Counted from the stretch's first letter, positions 34,711-50,265 are shown. The stretch: 64,000 bases of DNA from Selaginella moellendorffii (GCF_000143415.4 NW_003314281.1:546833-610832), one strand, 5' to 3'. Notes: generated from the letters alone by a model not told the origin. Numbers and translations are program-made.

Positions 34711-35402
34711 ACTTTACAAGTTTAATTTTTTTTATGTTCTTTCTTTACCATTGTTTGTAGCTTTCAACCAATTTCTAGAGCAATTATAAATCTTGGTGAG
34801 CTTAGTTGTTTGCTCTCAAGATTAAGCCCTTGCAGCAAGTAATGACAAAGTTCAAACACATTCATTATTTAGTTGTTGAAGTATAAATCCCTAATCTTCA
34901 TTGATAAATGTGAAAAGACCTTTGAGCTGTCCTCTTGCCACTACACAAGAAGCCCCTGATTCACATTGATCCATTTTAAGGCAAAATGCCATAAAATATA
35001 AGCCCACTAAATGGTTATTAGATTAACCACCACAAAACCATGTGAGAGTTCATATTTGGGATTGAATTGTTTAGGGTTTAAGTTGAAAAAATGAAGATTA
35101 ATTCATTATAGATAATATAGGTATATTCAATGCTATCCAATATATGACCCAAGCATATTCCTCAATTGTAATCCAGATTAAAACATGTAGTTAGCAATAA
35201 AAGGGAATATTCGTCTCCTAGGGTTAGTGCGATTTTAGGGCTTGTGGGCGCGAGGGCGAGGATGATGCGGAGGCTATGTTCAGGTTAGCTCCACAACTCC
35301 CTTGAAATCTTGTGACCGATTCGACGTAGGAGAAGCGAGAGAGCGGCGATCTCGCGCTTGTGACTCACTGGGAAGGGCTTTCTTCTACAGCGCAGGTCAG
35401 GA

Positions 35403-35951
35403 ATGGCAGCAGCGTGCGCCGCCAGGGAGGGATTGAGGCAAGCCTCCTCGTCCCGGAAGAAGCAAGCGATTGCGCTGAGCGACAGCGCGGCCAAGAGGAT
35501 CCGGCAATTGCTAGACTTGCGGAACAAAGATTACTTGCGCGTGGGTGTCAAGGTCCGGGGATGCAATGGCTACTCCTACACCATGAACTACGCAGGCAAG
35601 CCTCAGTCCTTTGCTTCTCTTCCTTTTCTTGCGAGAGAGAGAAAAGCTTATCTTCCTCTTGCAGATCAAGCCGAGCGCCACGATGAGCTCGTGGAGGACA
35701 AAGGCGTCAAGGTTTTGATCGACCCGCGAGCGCTGATGAAGATCATCGGCACCAAGATGGATTTCATCGAAGATCGTCTCAAGTAAGTTTGAAGTTCTTC
35801 CTGGACGAGAGAAAAGTTCCAAAGTTGTCAAGAAATCCCAGCTCCAATTCTGAGATCTCTCAATCCTCGCAGGTCGGAATTCGTGTTTCTAAATCCCAAC
35901 GCTACCGGCACTTGCGGCTGCGGTGAATCCTTCACGGCAAAGGAGAAGTAA
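35403..35951 (+). CDS. ISCA1: Iron-sulfur assembly A-type carrier IscA-like 1 (mitochondrial type), 3 exons
   Basis: RGCNGYSYTMNY, GTKMDFIEDRLKSEFVFLNPNATGTCGCGESF. Confidence 0.93.
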
Positions 35952-36565
35952 AAAAACGAGAAAAAAGACAATAACCGGACTGCGGCGCAGTTAAACTTTT
36001 TCTCTGTAAAGCAGGCTTAAAAATAGAGTAATCCGGATAAGAGCGGATAATAAATCTGGATAATGGCGCCGTACGTGCGCCGTACGAATTTGTGACCACC
36101 GGCTAAGTTTGGGACGACGGCCCAATGTTTAAGGCAGTCAAGTCCGGGGATTGAGGGGCGGGTTTCCATGAGGTGGAAGCTTCTCTCCTCTCATTCGTTT
36201 CTTCCTCTCTAGGTTTTTCTTCCTCCTCGCGCGCACGGCGCTGGCGTCATGCCGCGCGATCCCCACTCCTCGTCGTCACGCTAGATCGCATCGATTAGCC
36301 CTGACTTGACCGCCACCGCATCGATTCTTGCCTTGTTCTTGGCGCCGCCGCGTTTGATCGATCACGAGGTGAGCTGCGCGATGCTTTTCTTGCCCCGCAA
36401 TGCCGAAATCTGTGGAAATCTGTGCCTGATTTTAGGTTTGTATGGTATTTCTTGCCGCCAGGGACTGGGGGGAGGAGCTCGTGACAGGGCGGGAGTGGAG
36501 GACGAGGAATATCGCCGGCCGGGATTGGAATTGTGGATAGATTGCGACGCTATCGATACCGGGGG

Positions 36566-38593
<2,028 letters not shown>

Positions 38594-38819
38594 AATGAGG
38601 AGAGAATGAAATAAAAGGAGGGGGGAGTGCGCGGACGAAGAGAGGCAAGTTTGCCGCGATAATGCTGATAAATATACCCAGATTGTGGTGTATGCGTTAG
38701 CAAGGATCCTTCTCTGGTTTAACCGTAAATCTCCAGGTACAAGGTTATAATATAAAAGTTTTTGATATCTGTTAGTAAGTGCATTATGCAAAGATTACTT
38801 CAATCCAAAACTAGAAAGC

Positions 38820-39865
38820 ATTGTCAATCAGAGAAACGACAAAGACCCAAAGATGGTTTCTGATTTGGAAACCCTTCACGTTCGCATTTTTCTTGTTCTT
38901 GTTCACAAATTTCCTGTATGTGGCTTATGATCTGTTCTGACAATGGAGCGTGATAAGCTTTGAAGTTGATGTTGAAGAATTGAAGAAATGTACACCGAAG
39001 GATGTCTGGGAGAAGGACTTAGACTAGTGCTCCTCAGTTACATCCACAGGCTCAAAAGAGATAGAGGAAGAAAAGGAAGACGAGCGCCAAAGAAGGTGCT
39101 GTTATATTCAAGCTCGCTGCTTCTGGCCGAAAGCCTGCTGCGAAGGCAAAAACTGCAGACAAGGACAATGCTGTGAAGCTTACCAAAAGTATCATCCTGC
39201 AGAAGCAACTGCCGCGACGAAAGTTTCGAATGCTTCCAGGAAGGCAGCTAAACCAGTGTTTTTGTTATTGGTAGGAACAGGATAGCAGGGCAGAATGCTT
39301 CAACACAAGCTTACAGGATCGCTTTGCTGCTTACGCGAAAGGAAAATGACCACTAACAGGTAATATGGCTTGTTTTCTCTTTCCCTGGGGTTAATAAGTC
39401 GCTAAGCCTGAAATAAGACTTATGGAGGTTGTAAATAAGACTCCTTTAAGTGTTTGGAGGTGGGCAATGCACTTAAACATTCTGTTCTCCAGAGGACAAC
39501 TCCATGGAAGACGCTGTCAAGGAAGTGTTGCCGCCAACAAAGCCTAATGCTCCTAAAGCTGCTCAGGTCGCAAAGAATACCAAACCCTCCAAAGCATCAA
39601 AGCCACTGGAGATGTTGTGGCCCATGTCTCCCCGGTAAGGAAGGTGCGGGCTTCTCCAATTCAACAAGAAGAGTGGTTCCGTCATTCCAGCTCTCCATTG
39701 AGGCAGAGAGCCGAAGAGATGAGCGGCTCGCCCAGCTGTGGACTACATTGAGAGCAACACGGAGGAAGACAAGGCCAGACATCTCCCAAAGTGGTTTTCT
39801 TATTCTGTTCGTTGCTAACGAGTTGCTCTTAACTTTCTTTGTTAAGGTGGAAGAAAGGTTGTAAT
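38820..39865 (+). pseudogene. Rearranged partial duplicate of TOP2
   Basis: 38820-38937 is a same-orientation copy of ~45319-45433; ~38945-39865 is an inverted, deletion-bearing copy of ~41220-42332. Confidence 0.85.
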
Positions 39866-39974
39866 GAATTTATAGTATGTTTTGTATACGTATCTTTCTC
39901 TCAAGAAACATGAACCCTAAACTACAGAAATGTCTCACTTAGGGCTAGTTAACAATCAACGAGGGTTTTAGCTA

Positions 39975-40865
39975 ATGGCTATGGGGACCGTCTTGGAGAG
40001 CTTCTACGGGGTTTTGGATTTCGCGCTGTGGAGGATGGACTATAGGATCAAACGCCTGCTCAGGTATGCCTGTAAGGAAGCACGTCTCAGGCCGATCAAT
40101 GCCGTAACAGCACTGGCACCCAAGCCACTGGTGTTTTTCGAAGGCCAGATCGAGGAACTGAGTTACGAGGGCTATGCAGAGCCCAATCTCACCTACAACA
40201 ATTTTCGCCACTGGACTTTAACGGGTGTCCCGGACCTGGACGCCATCCGCCAAGAGGTGAAGCAGCAGCGCCAATACTACCATTACTATCAGCGCTATCC
40301 TCCATGGCCCACGTTCGTCGAGCACGCAAAGAGTTTGATCTGCCATCCTTGGCCCTCCAACCCCATTCTTGGCCCGGGGGCTATAGAGCTTTGCGACCAG
40401 TTCGCGTCGTGGGCGGAAATGGATCTGTTCGGCAGAGTTGAGGATGAGGAGTTGCATGCGCGGCTGCTGCTGGACGCGCGGATGCTTGTGCACAAGTGGC
40501 CAGAGTTCGTCATGATACACTTGACGCCGTTTCATCTTCTCGTGGATCCAGACAAGCTTGAGGGGGAGGATGTTGCTGTGCCGTCGGAAAACTATTTCAG
40601 CGAAGACTGCGAGGACTATGTAAGGGCTCTGCGAGAGGCAAAACAAGTTGCGGCAAATGGCGGCTTTTTAGGGTCTGACTTCTACTGGCCGCCATCAGGT
40701 GCCTTGGATTTGTTCAACTTCGAGGTGGGGCATCTTGAAAGCTTAGTAGAGTCTTACCGATTAGGATTAAGGTATGTAATGTGTTTTTGATTTTCAGTTT
40801 CTTTTTTCCCACCTTTTTCCAATGTTTACAGGACCCAACAAAGCCAACGAATACAACCTCGCTAG
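39975..40865 (+). CDS. Orphan hypothetical protein (~270-280 aa, possible short second exon)
   Basis: 271-codon ATG ORF with coding-like GC in AT-rich flanks; possible GT-AG intron ~40772-40830; no motif recognised. Confidence 0.55.
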
Positions 40866-41335
40866 AGAACTTGAGTTACTTTGGTTTTCGTTTCCAATCC
40901 TCTTTTTGAGAATTGAATGTGATAAATTAGTACATGAAAAACTACTTCCTATGCAAATAATAAGGATTTATAAAAACTTTTAGTAATTATTTTTATATCA
41001 ATGACAGATTGTATCTTAAGTTTGTGGAGCTGCATTTCTAAATTCAGGCCTTTCAGCTTAAGAAAAAATTAGGCCATTCAGCTTAAGAAAAAATTTGATG
41101 TGTAGAGGAGCCTTTTACACAAGAAAAAGGTGAAAAACATTATATGATCAATGACATGAAACAATTGTCTGGAACAAAACAATGCAGATATTACACAATC
41201 CATACGAGTCACAGTACCATGACACGACCTTTCTTCTGGAGCCTCCACCTTAACATAGAAAGTTAAAGAGCAGTACAGCAAACTCGTTAGCACCAAACGA
41301 GCAGAATGAGAAAACCGGGGAGGGGGAACCAGACT

Positions 41336-44300
41336 TTACTCTGATCCTTCGTCCTCAAAGTCGGAGATGTCTTCGCTTGCGGCCTTGTCTTCCTCCGTGT
41401 CGCTCTCGATGTAGTGCACAGCCGGGCGAGCCGCTCGTCTCTTCGGCCTTGCTTGAGGAGCTGCTTCGACGTCGGAGTCGGCCTCTGCCTCGATGGACAG
41501 CTTTGCAAGCTGAGGAATGACGGAACCACTCTTCTTGTTGAATGGAGAAGCCCGCACCTTCCTTACTTTCGCATCAGGGGAGTCGTGGGCCGCAACATCT
41601 TCAGTGGCTTTTGATGCTTTGGAGGCTTTGGTATTCGCGCGCTTCTTTGCGACCGGAGCAGCTTTAGGAGCATTATGCTTTGTTGGCGGGGACACTTCCT
41701 TGACAGCGTCCTCCATGGAGTTGTCCTCTGGGGAACAGAATGTTTAAGTGCATTGCCAGGGAAAGAGAAAACAAAACATATTACCTGTTAGCGGTCCTTT
41801 TCCTTTCGCGTAAGCAGCAAGGCGATCCTGTAAGCTTGTGTTGAAGTATTCTTCCTCGCTGTCCAGTTCCTACCAATAACAAAAAACATTAAAGAAGGAA
41901 AAGAGCATTCTCGTGTCATACCACTGGTTTAGCTGCCTTCTTGGAAGCATTCGAAGCTTTCGTCGAGGCAGTCGCTTCTGCAGGATGATATTTTCAAGTT
42001 AGATTTCGCGCGTTCAATGACGGACTTACTTTTGGTAGGCTTCACGGCATTTTCCTTGTCTGCAGTTTTTGCCTTCGCAGCAGGCTTTCGGCCAGCAGCA
42101 GCGCGCTTGAATATAGCAGCACCTTCTTTGGCCATTTGCTTAAGTTCAAGCTCGTCTTCCTTTTCTTCCTCCATCTCTTGAGCCTGTGGATGCAACTGAT
42201 GAGCGTTTGCAACGAGGTGATTATAGCGTCATACCGTCAGTTGTTCGAGGAAGTTATCTAAGTCCTTCTCCCAGAGATCCTTCGGTGTACATTTCTTCAA
42301 TTCTTCAACATCACCTTCAAGCTTATCACGCTCGTTGCAGAGCTGCTGAACCTTCTCTAGAGTGAGCGTGCCAATTGGCATAGATAGAAGATACTCGTAA
42401 TCACCAGCACGAACTCCTTTATTCAGCTTTTCTTCGTCATCCGCTTCCACGTCAGAACCATCACCACCGACAACAGGCAAGTCCGAAGCTTTTGCCTTCT
42501 TAGGGAACGGAGTAAAGCCTTTGGTCTTTAGCTCGACTAGTAACTCGGCTCGCTTCCTGTTGTTTACAACAATTTCGCCTTTGACAACACCGAGAATAAA
42601 TCGGACTTTGTTGTCAAGCTTCAGTAGCTCGTATTGCAAATTCTCAACTTGCACTTCCTACAAAAGCTCGTCAATACACGATTACAAAGTTAAAAAATAT
42701 AAAAACCTTTCTTTTGACGTACAACTCCAAACGAATATGGTAGAAGTCTTCAAGAACTGTATCTTATGTCAAGGAAAAAGCAAATGCTAGAAACCATGCA
42801 TGCCAAAAGGATACTTTGTTCGGGCGTGTCATACTTTCGAATATGCCCGTCCTTATCAAAAAGATTCATGTTACTGGTGCTGATAGTGGTACTCAGCTTG
42901 AACTTTTTCGTGAGACCCTCTGCAAGAGCTTCAGCCATTTTTTCCTCGGATAAAGAAATTTCAAAGTGCACTCGCGTATCAGTGTTATGCTCCCTGTAGT
43001 CCTGAATGTTGAAAGCAAAACGTTAAAATACACTCGCGGGAGTTGAATGAGAGCATCACCTTAATAGAGGGTTCTTTGATTTTCTCTGTGCCACAAAGCA
43101 ACGCTTCAAGAAACTCCTTATAGTCTTGAGTCCACTTTCTAATGGGAAGCTCTAGCACACGTATAGTAGTCTCGTTGACTTGCTCTACGATGCCAGTCAC
43201 TGTATAGCTGACACCAGATTCTTTGCTTGCCGATTTCACTATCGTCCCCTGCACAAGAGGAAAAATGTAAGCACCACACGGTATTCTGCTGACGAAGACG
43301 ACCTTAAACCCCTTGTACCACGGATCCATTGGCTCCAGCGGCTCATCGCGCAAAAGATGCTTAAGGTTGGTAACGATATCTCGAGGATTGTAATTTGGCA
43401 CGAAAGTGCTCCACCCAGTGCCAATGCCTTCAGAGCCGTTGACAAGCACCATAGGAAGAATTGGTGCATACCTTTACAATTGATAGAAAATCTCAGCAAA
43501 ATATTTCAAAAGTCTAAAGAACTACGTACCAGAAGGGCTCGATCGACTGTCCATCCTCTCTCAGAAAATTCAGTAAAATGTCATCTGGTTTAGGAAATAT
43601 AGTACGTGTTAACGGAGTTAGAGACGTATAGATGTAACGCGCACTGGCATGGTCCTTTCCGCCCTGGATATGCATGCTTTCAATCAGTGCCAAACAAGAG
43701 AAAATAGGATTACCTGACTCCTTGTACCGAACTGTCCAATCGGAGCAAGGATATTGATGTTATTGCTACCGACGAAATTCTGAGCCATTCCTATGATAGT
43801 ACTCGCGAGACTTTGTTCTCCATGGTGATAAGCAGAATGCTCGGAGACATATCCAGAAAATTGCGCTACCTGCAAATATAAGGCAAAAGAATGCATTACA
43901 TCTTGAAACTAAATCATAACTTACCTTAGCTTGCGACGTAAAATTTCTTTTGAATGCAGCAAACAGAATCTTGCGCTGTCCGGGCTTCAATCCGTCCACC
44001 ATAGACGGGACAGACCTTGCCAAATCAGCCAACGAGAACAGGATTAATTCCTTATTGATGAAATCGCTGTACGTGATGACCCGCTGAGTTTGATCCAGAA
44101 ATGTCCCTGGCTGCATTCCCATGTCACAGAGTTAATAAATTATTCCTATATCATCAAGAATACGTACCTGGTACCCTCGCAGCCATATTTTTCTGGCTTC
44201 GGTTTTTTTCTTGCTAAATGCTAGCTCTATAGAGTCACCATCTTCATCATTGTCCCATGCGAAGTCCTTCTTGTGCTTGACCAGATCTCGAAAGTACTCC

Positions 44301-46544
44301 TTGCCTTCCTTTGCTGTACTCGTGCCCAGACCCTGTTGACAAGCCTTTAGTTTGTGCCTCGCTAATAGTACAGGGTGCAAACCTTGTAGTACTTGATACT
44401 CCAACCCTTGGTTTCTCCTCTCAGGGACTCTTTCCACGACTCGTATTCCGGCATAGTATAGAAGGATAGTACCTTTCCGTTCTTATGTGTTGCCTGCATG
44501 TGCAAGAAACATTCGATATAGTTTAGTCATCAAAAGACGAACCTTAACAATTGGCGTGATAAATTCCACCAAGAAACCGGGAACTTTCAAAAGTGATGGC
44601 CAAAACGTGTGAATGAAATTGATAATAAGACCTTTGATGTGTGACCCGTCGTGATCCTGGAGCAACAACTGCTAGGAACAAAGGAAACGATTCTAACAAA
44701 GCAATGTACCTGGTCGGTCATAATCATCAAATGACCGTAACGAAGAGACTTGGTATTTTCATAACCTTTTCCCTGCTGCAACCCCAGTATCTGCTTTATG
44801 CTGGTGATTTCAGCGTTATCCATTATTTGCTTGTGCGTTGCCTCTCGAACGTTTAAAAGCTTTCCCCTGAGAGGAAACACACCATAGTGGTTACGGCCAA
44901 CCACACTGATGCCACTCATCTGAAGACAACAAAAAGTTAAGAAGGCTGAAAGAGCAAAGACTGAGCTTACAGCAAGAGCTTTAGCTGAATCTCCTTCAGT
45001 CAAGATCAAAGTGCATGCTTCGGAGTTCTTGCCGCCGGCATCATTTGCATCGTCCAGCTTGGCTATTCCAGTTAGGCGCTGCCTCTTGGCACCGTCGTTC
45101 TTCTTTAGCTCCTTACTCTGCTTAAAGTCCGCCCACGACAGAACATTGTCAACTACCCCGCATTTAGAAACTGTTTGGATATCCGTTAGTAAGGAAGTGC
45201 ATTATGCGGAGACAAATATTACCTTTCTTCAGAAACTCTGGGGACAGCTCGCACTTCGATCCAAAACTAGTTTGACGAGTAGTCAATGTTTCCTTCGTCT
45301 GGGAATCGAAGGCAGGGTTGTCAATCAGAGAATTGACAAAGACCCAAAGATGGTTTCTGATTTGGAAACCCTTCACGTTCGCATTTTTGTTCTTCTTGTT
45401 CACAATTTCCTGTATGTGGCTTACGATCTGTTCCGAAACATGCTGGACGTGCGTGCCACCCCGGATTGTGGCGATGCTGTTCACAAAGCTAACCTGGGTG
45501 AACATCAACGTCAGCAAGCAGCAAACCAGAAAGAAGACAGTCTTACCTGTTGAAACTGTCCATCGCTTAAACTCACGCATACTTCCCACCGATCATTTGC
45601 ACGCTCATATATCCTGCAATTCAAACTGAGTTTAGCAAGTGAGGACTCAAAGAAATATAAAGAACCTTGGAAGCGTCTCTTCTTTGCCTTTCTGAGCGGA
45701 GGCAAGGTAAAGCCCCACGTAATCCGAAAACGTTTTAACTGGGAGCTTTTGGCCGTTCAGCTCCACCTTAACAGTCCTGCCAAGACAGCCCGCAATATCC
45801 AAAACACGTTTGGACATCAGGGCAACAACATCCTCCTCCAGATACGTCATGTGGAACTTGGCGAGGTCGGGCTTGAAAGTCACCTTAGTCCAATTTTCAT
45901 TGGACTTGCACGAGCTAATAGCTGGCTCAGACTTCGCACTCATGTTGTTAGAGAACACCTGATCAAATCGAAACGATAAGCAAGGTTATATAAAGCTCTG
46001 CTAAGAAGATGATGCCTACCTGCTTGTACTTTTTACCCCGCTTGCCATCCGCGGTTTCAATCACAAACTCGGTTGAGAAAATGTTCGCGAGCTTAGCACC
46101 GTATCCATTCCTCCCACCAGTCGTCTTCTTCTCATTGTCGTCGTAGTTGCTGCTTGTGAGGAGATGGCCAAAGATCATCTCCGGAACGTAGACGCCTTGC
46201 TCGTTGTGAACTTCCACAGGGACTCCGTCCCCGTTGTTGTAGACGGAGATGGTGTTTTGCTCCACGCTTATCGTGACTTTGACAGCGTCCATGATGGGAT
46301 CCCGCTGCTTGTTGTCGGCAGCATTCACCAAGATCTCGTCGAAAATCTTGTACAGCCCAGGGACGTAGGTCACCGCACGATTCACCAGCTGACCGCCCTC
46401 ATACACCCATAGCGTCTGCGTGTGCTTCTCAATGGAGCCAACGTACGTGTCCGGCCGCAGTAGAACGTGTTCCAGAGGGGTTTTCTTCTGGTAAATCTCC
46501 TCGATAGTCTTGCCGCCAGCAGCGGCAGCTCCCGGCCGCCCCAT
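41336..46544 (-). CDS. TOP2: DNA topoisomerase II (eukaryotic type IIA), many exons
   Basis: EHVLLRPDTYVGS, FDEILVNAADN, GGRNGYGAKL, TEGDSA, PLRGKLLNV, MTDQDHDGSHIKG, DGLKPGQRK, YHHGEQS, active-site ASARYIYT. Confidence 0.97.
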
Positions 46545-46774
46545 CGCCAAACCTGCCAGCCGCCAGAGATTTCAGCTCAGTCGAAGCTCGGAAACAAGCT
46601 CTAAAACCCTAGGCATACCTCGATCGAGCTCCTCACGCCGCGCGCCTTAGCCTCGCCTCTCCGCCCGCCAGCATTCGAAGCTCTGACTCAGATCTAAGAG
46701 AGAAAGCCCGCAGCGCTCGTCGTGCCCGGCGCGCTCTCCTCGTCCAAGATCAATCCCAACCTAGGAAATGGGAG

Positions 46775-46830
46775 GCAATTTGAATTTCCCCCCAAAAGTA
46801 TCAAAAAAGAATGTGCGCACCAACGGCCAT
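46775..46830. promoter_or_regulatory. Putative G2/M elements upstream of TOP2 (MSA-like CCAACGGCCA and CHR-like TTTGAA)
   Basis: ccaacggcca at ~46820 and tttgaa at ~46779; consistent with a mitotic gene, but short motifs. Confidence 0.35.
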
Positions 46831-47407
46831 GATAGATTTTACTGTTATTTAATCAATGGCTCCGATTCTTCTATGGAGCCGAGTAGATATTTTGGGTGAT
46901 CACACGGAGAAGAATATAAGATTGTTAGTACTAGTAGTCAATTGGTTCCAAGATGCTCGCCCTTGTCGTTGCTAACATGACAAGAACTTGCGTGATTCCA
47001 GGATCATGGTGGAGGAAAATGCTTGAATGGATTTTTTTTTTGCTAAAGTATTGTGTTGGGGCATCTTGATTTTGATCACAATCACAGTATTTATTTTAGA
47101 AACCACTTGAGAGAGACCACAATCTCAATGCTGACTGCTGTCTAGAAGGTACACCTGTCAAGCGAAAGTTGATTGTATGATTTATAACAACAGGAGTTTT
47201 TGGAGTTTATGCGAGATTATTCTCCGGGGAAAGATGCTTGAGCGAATATATTCGCGTTAAGAAAACAACACTAGACTCCAGGCTGGAATTTGATATATAG
47301 TGGACGAGCTTGGCCTCCATTTCTCCGCAAAGGGAAGCCGCATGGGTAGGAGTGCATCTTGGTTTTCTAAATTTCTTTAGTTTATCCTTGTAAATCCAGG
47401 CCGGATC

Positions 47408-49688
47408 ATGGAGAGTCTTGTGGTATCGTCCCAAGCAACCGGAGTTCATAACGGATTGCTACTCCATAGCGAATCGAAGCTAAAGAAGAGTCATGCTGCT
47501 GGTTTTCCTCGATCGGGTCCCTTGTTGCATGGTCGAAGCTGGAATCAGTCGACAAGGATCAAATCGATCGAAGTCAGGTCCATTTTAACACGAGAACCTG
47601 CAAAACAAGCAGGAGAATCATGCCAGCACGAAGAACTCAAGCCTGCATGGCTCAACGATAAGTACGCGGGTCTGGCAACCTGGAACTCGATTCGAAGAGA
47701 ATCATGGGAAGGAGAGCTGCCGGTTATCCAAGGCCAAATTCCTCTCTGGCTGGTAATATTTTCTTTCCTTATCATCGTTTAAGTTCCTCACATTCAAGGC
47801 TTGTCCTCTTGTCTCTTGGCTTTGAGCAGAAGGGAACATATTTGCGAAATGGACCTGGGAGATTTGAGATGGGAGAGCACCGATTTGGTCATCTCTTCGA
47901 CGGGTATATCATTGAGATTAAGCTGACAGAATTTCTTGTCTGGTTTTGTTCTGTTTCGCTAATTCCGAGTTCTGTTTTTTACTTTTCTTTTGTTCTTTTC
48001 CTATCGAACAGATATTCTTGCTTGCTTCGGCTCTACTTCGAGAATGGAAAACTTCATGTCAAGCACGCACAGCTTCAATCTGACGCTTACAAGAGTGCGA
48101 GAAAGAACCAGCAAGCATGTTTCAGGGAGTTTTCAGTGGTACCAAAGCACGAAAACGTTTGGTCTTTGCTGGAAGACGTGGTTGGAATGGCGATGGGAAC
48201 AACACTCACGGACAACGCCAATACGGGCGTCATATGGTAGCATCGCTCATAAGACTAGATGATATGATATGTTAAGAAGCTTCTCTTGAACTGACAGCTT
48301 GGGGGATGGGCGAGTGGTTTGCATCACCGAGACTGTGAAGTCGTCAACACAGATCGATCCATGGACTCTGGACACTATTGGAAGATTTACATACGACGAC
48401 AATCACAAGGTACAAACATGATTTCTCGCTTCGATTCATGCGAATTGTCCAAACTTTTGGCAGGGTCTTCTCCACTCAGGTCATCCTTATGTTACAGACA
48501 AGGAATTCATCACCGCCCTTCCAGACTTGATCAAACCCGGATATGATATCGTGAGGATGGAACCAGGAACAAACACAAGAAAACATCTTGGCAGGGTTAG
48601 TAATTCCAAAGCTCTACATATTGTCACCTTACAAAAGCTTCGTAACGTCTTCAGGTGAATTGCAAAGGTCCGGCTCCCGGATGGATCCATTCCTTCGCTC
48701 TTACGGAGAATTACATTGTCATCCCAGAAATGGCGCTGAGATACTCGACCAAAAATCTCCTCAAGGCGGAGCCATGTCCGTACTACAAATTCGAGTATAT
48801 GCCCGAGCACGGATCGTATTTGCATGTCATGGACAGGAAATCGGGAAAAGTGGTACGTGCTTTTGATATTAGAATCTTCTTACAAGCTTGGATTTTCTCA
48901 AGGTAAACGTTGTGGAGGTTCCAAACTTTCTCATGTTTCACTTCATCAATGCCTACGAGGAAACTGGCGAAGATGGGAAGCCAAGAATTGTGGCCGACTG
49001 CTGCGAACACTTGTCAAATCCTATCATTCTCCGGAGAATGGAGCTGGCAGAGCTTCGATCGAAGGGGAAAGAAATGCCATACGCAAGGTGTGTTGAAGTT
49101 TTTCCTTCCAGTTTCGCTCTAGCTAAGGAAGTTACAGGCTTGGGAGATTTAAGATACCAATCTCTGGAGGGGGCAAAGGAACTCTAGAGAATGCTGTGCC
49201 TCCGCAAGTTCATGGGCACGGACTAGACATGAACACCATGAATCCTCATTATTATTCTCGTGACTATCGCTACGTCTACGCAAATGGGGCTCATAGGCCT
49301 TGTCACTTTCCAAATTCTCTGGTCAAAGTAAGTAGTTTCCTCCAGGCCATACGAAACAACACCAATGAATTGCTCTTGTTTGCTAGATTGACATCAAGGG
49401 CCAGAGTGCTAAGGAGTGGTACGAGCACGGGAGCATTCCAACGGAGCCAATGTTTGTTCCACGACCCGGCGCCACTGAAGAAGACGATGGTAAAGTTTCA
49501 AGTTTCTTGTACATCATCGTGTAAACCTCTTACTGACTGTAGGTGTGGCGATATCTATTGTCAATGATGATAAAGGTGACGGATACGTGCTCCTCTTGGA
49601 CGGGAAGAGCTTTGAAGAAGTTGCTCGAGCACCACTTCCCTATGGACTCCCATATGGGATCCATGGAGCGTGGTTGGACCAAAGGTGA
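47408..49688 (+). CDS. CCD8: Carotenoid cleavage dioxygenase 8 (MAX4/D10-like), multi-exon
   Basis: WEGEL, GTYLRNGPG, HLFDGY, TDNANTGV, PDLIKPGY, PGWIHSF, FHFINAYEE, DCCEH, PYGLPYGIHGAW. Confidence 0.9.
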
Positions 49689-49789
49689 TACATGTCTATC
49701 GTATCTACTTTGTTATTGCATTGATATATATTTTTTCTGTATTGAGTTAATACTGATATTTAGTAGCACATCACATGCTGCATAAACCA

Positions 49790-50265
49790 ATGCAAAACTT
49801 TGGTCAATTCTTGGTCAGACTTTGCAGGCTGCTTACATGGCCAACAAACACCTCCGTGATCCCGTCCTTCCTGCGATGCCCGAATGAATCGGCGCCGGGA
49901 ACTCCTCCACCATCCTCCTCTTTGATCGTTGAGATCTCTGCCGCCGTTGCGCTTGTCTACTGCATCCAGGGAGCTCTCGTCGTGCTCTCTTCGTGGAGGC
50001 GACACTGACGTAGAATGATGATGATTATCTCCGCAGGGTGATCCTCGACTTCGTCATCGCCGGAAGGAACAGCATTTGGTTTATCCTTCGTCGTTTGTTG
50101 CCCGAGAGCTCGCGTCCTTCCTGAGGTGGTCCTTGCTGACTCGCCCCACGAACTCGAGGTAGATCGAGAACCGATATCAATCCCGCCTTGATCAGAGTCT
50201 GGAGCATTGGAGTAGAAGAGGACGATTGGCATATGGCCAATCTGACAAACATCTAGAGGAGTCAA
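49790..50265 (-). pseudogene. Possible collapsed BAHD acyltransferase remnant
   Basis: LTPLDVCQIGHMPIVLFYS resembles BAHD N-termini and KDGITEVFVG a BAHD C-terminus; HxxxD and DFGWG not seen. Confidence 0.25.
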
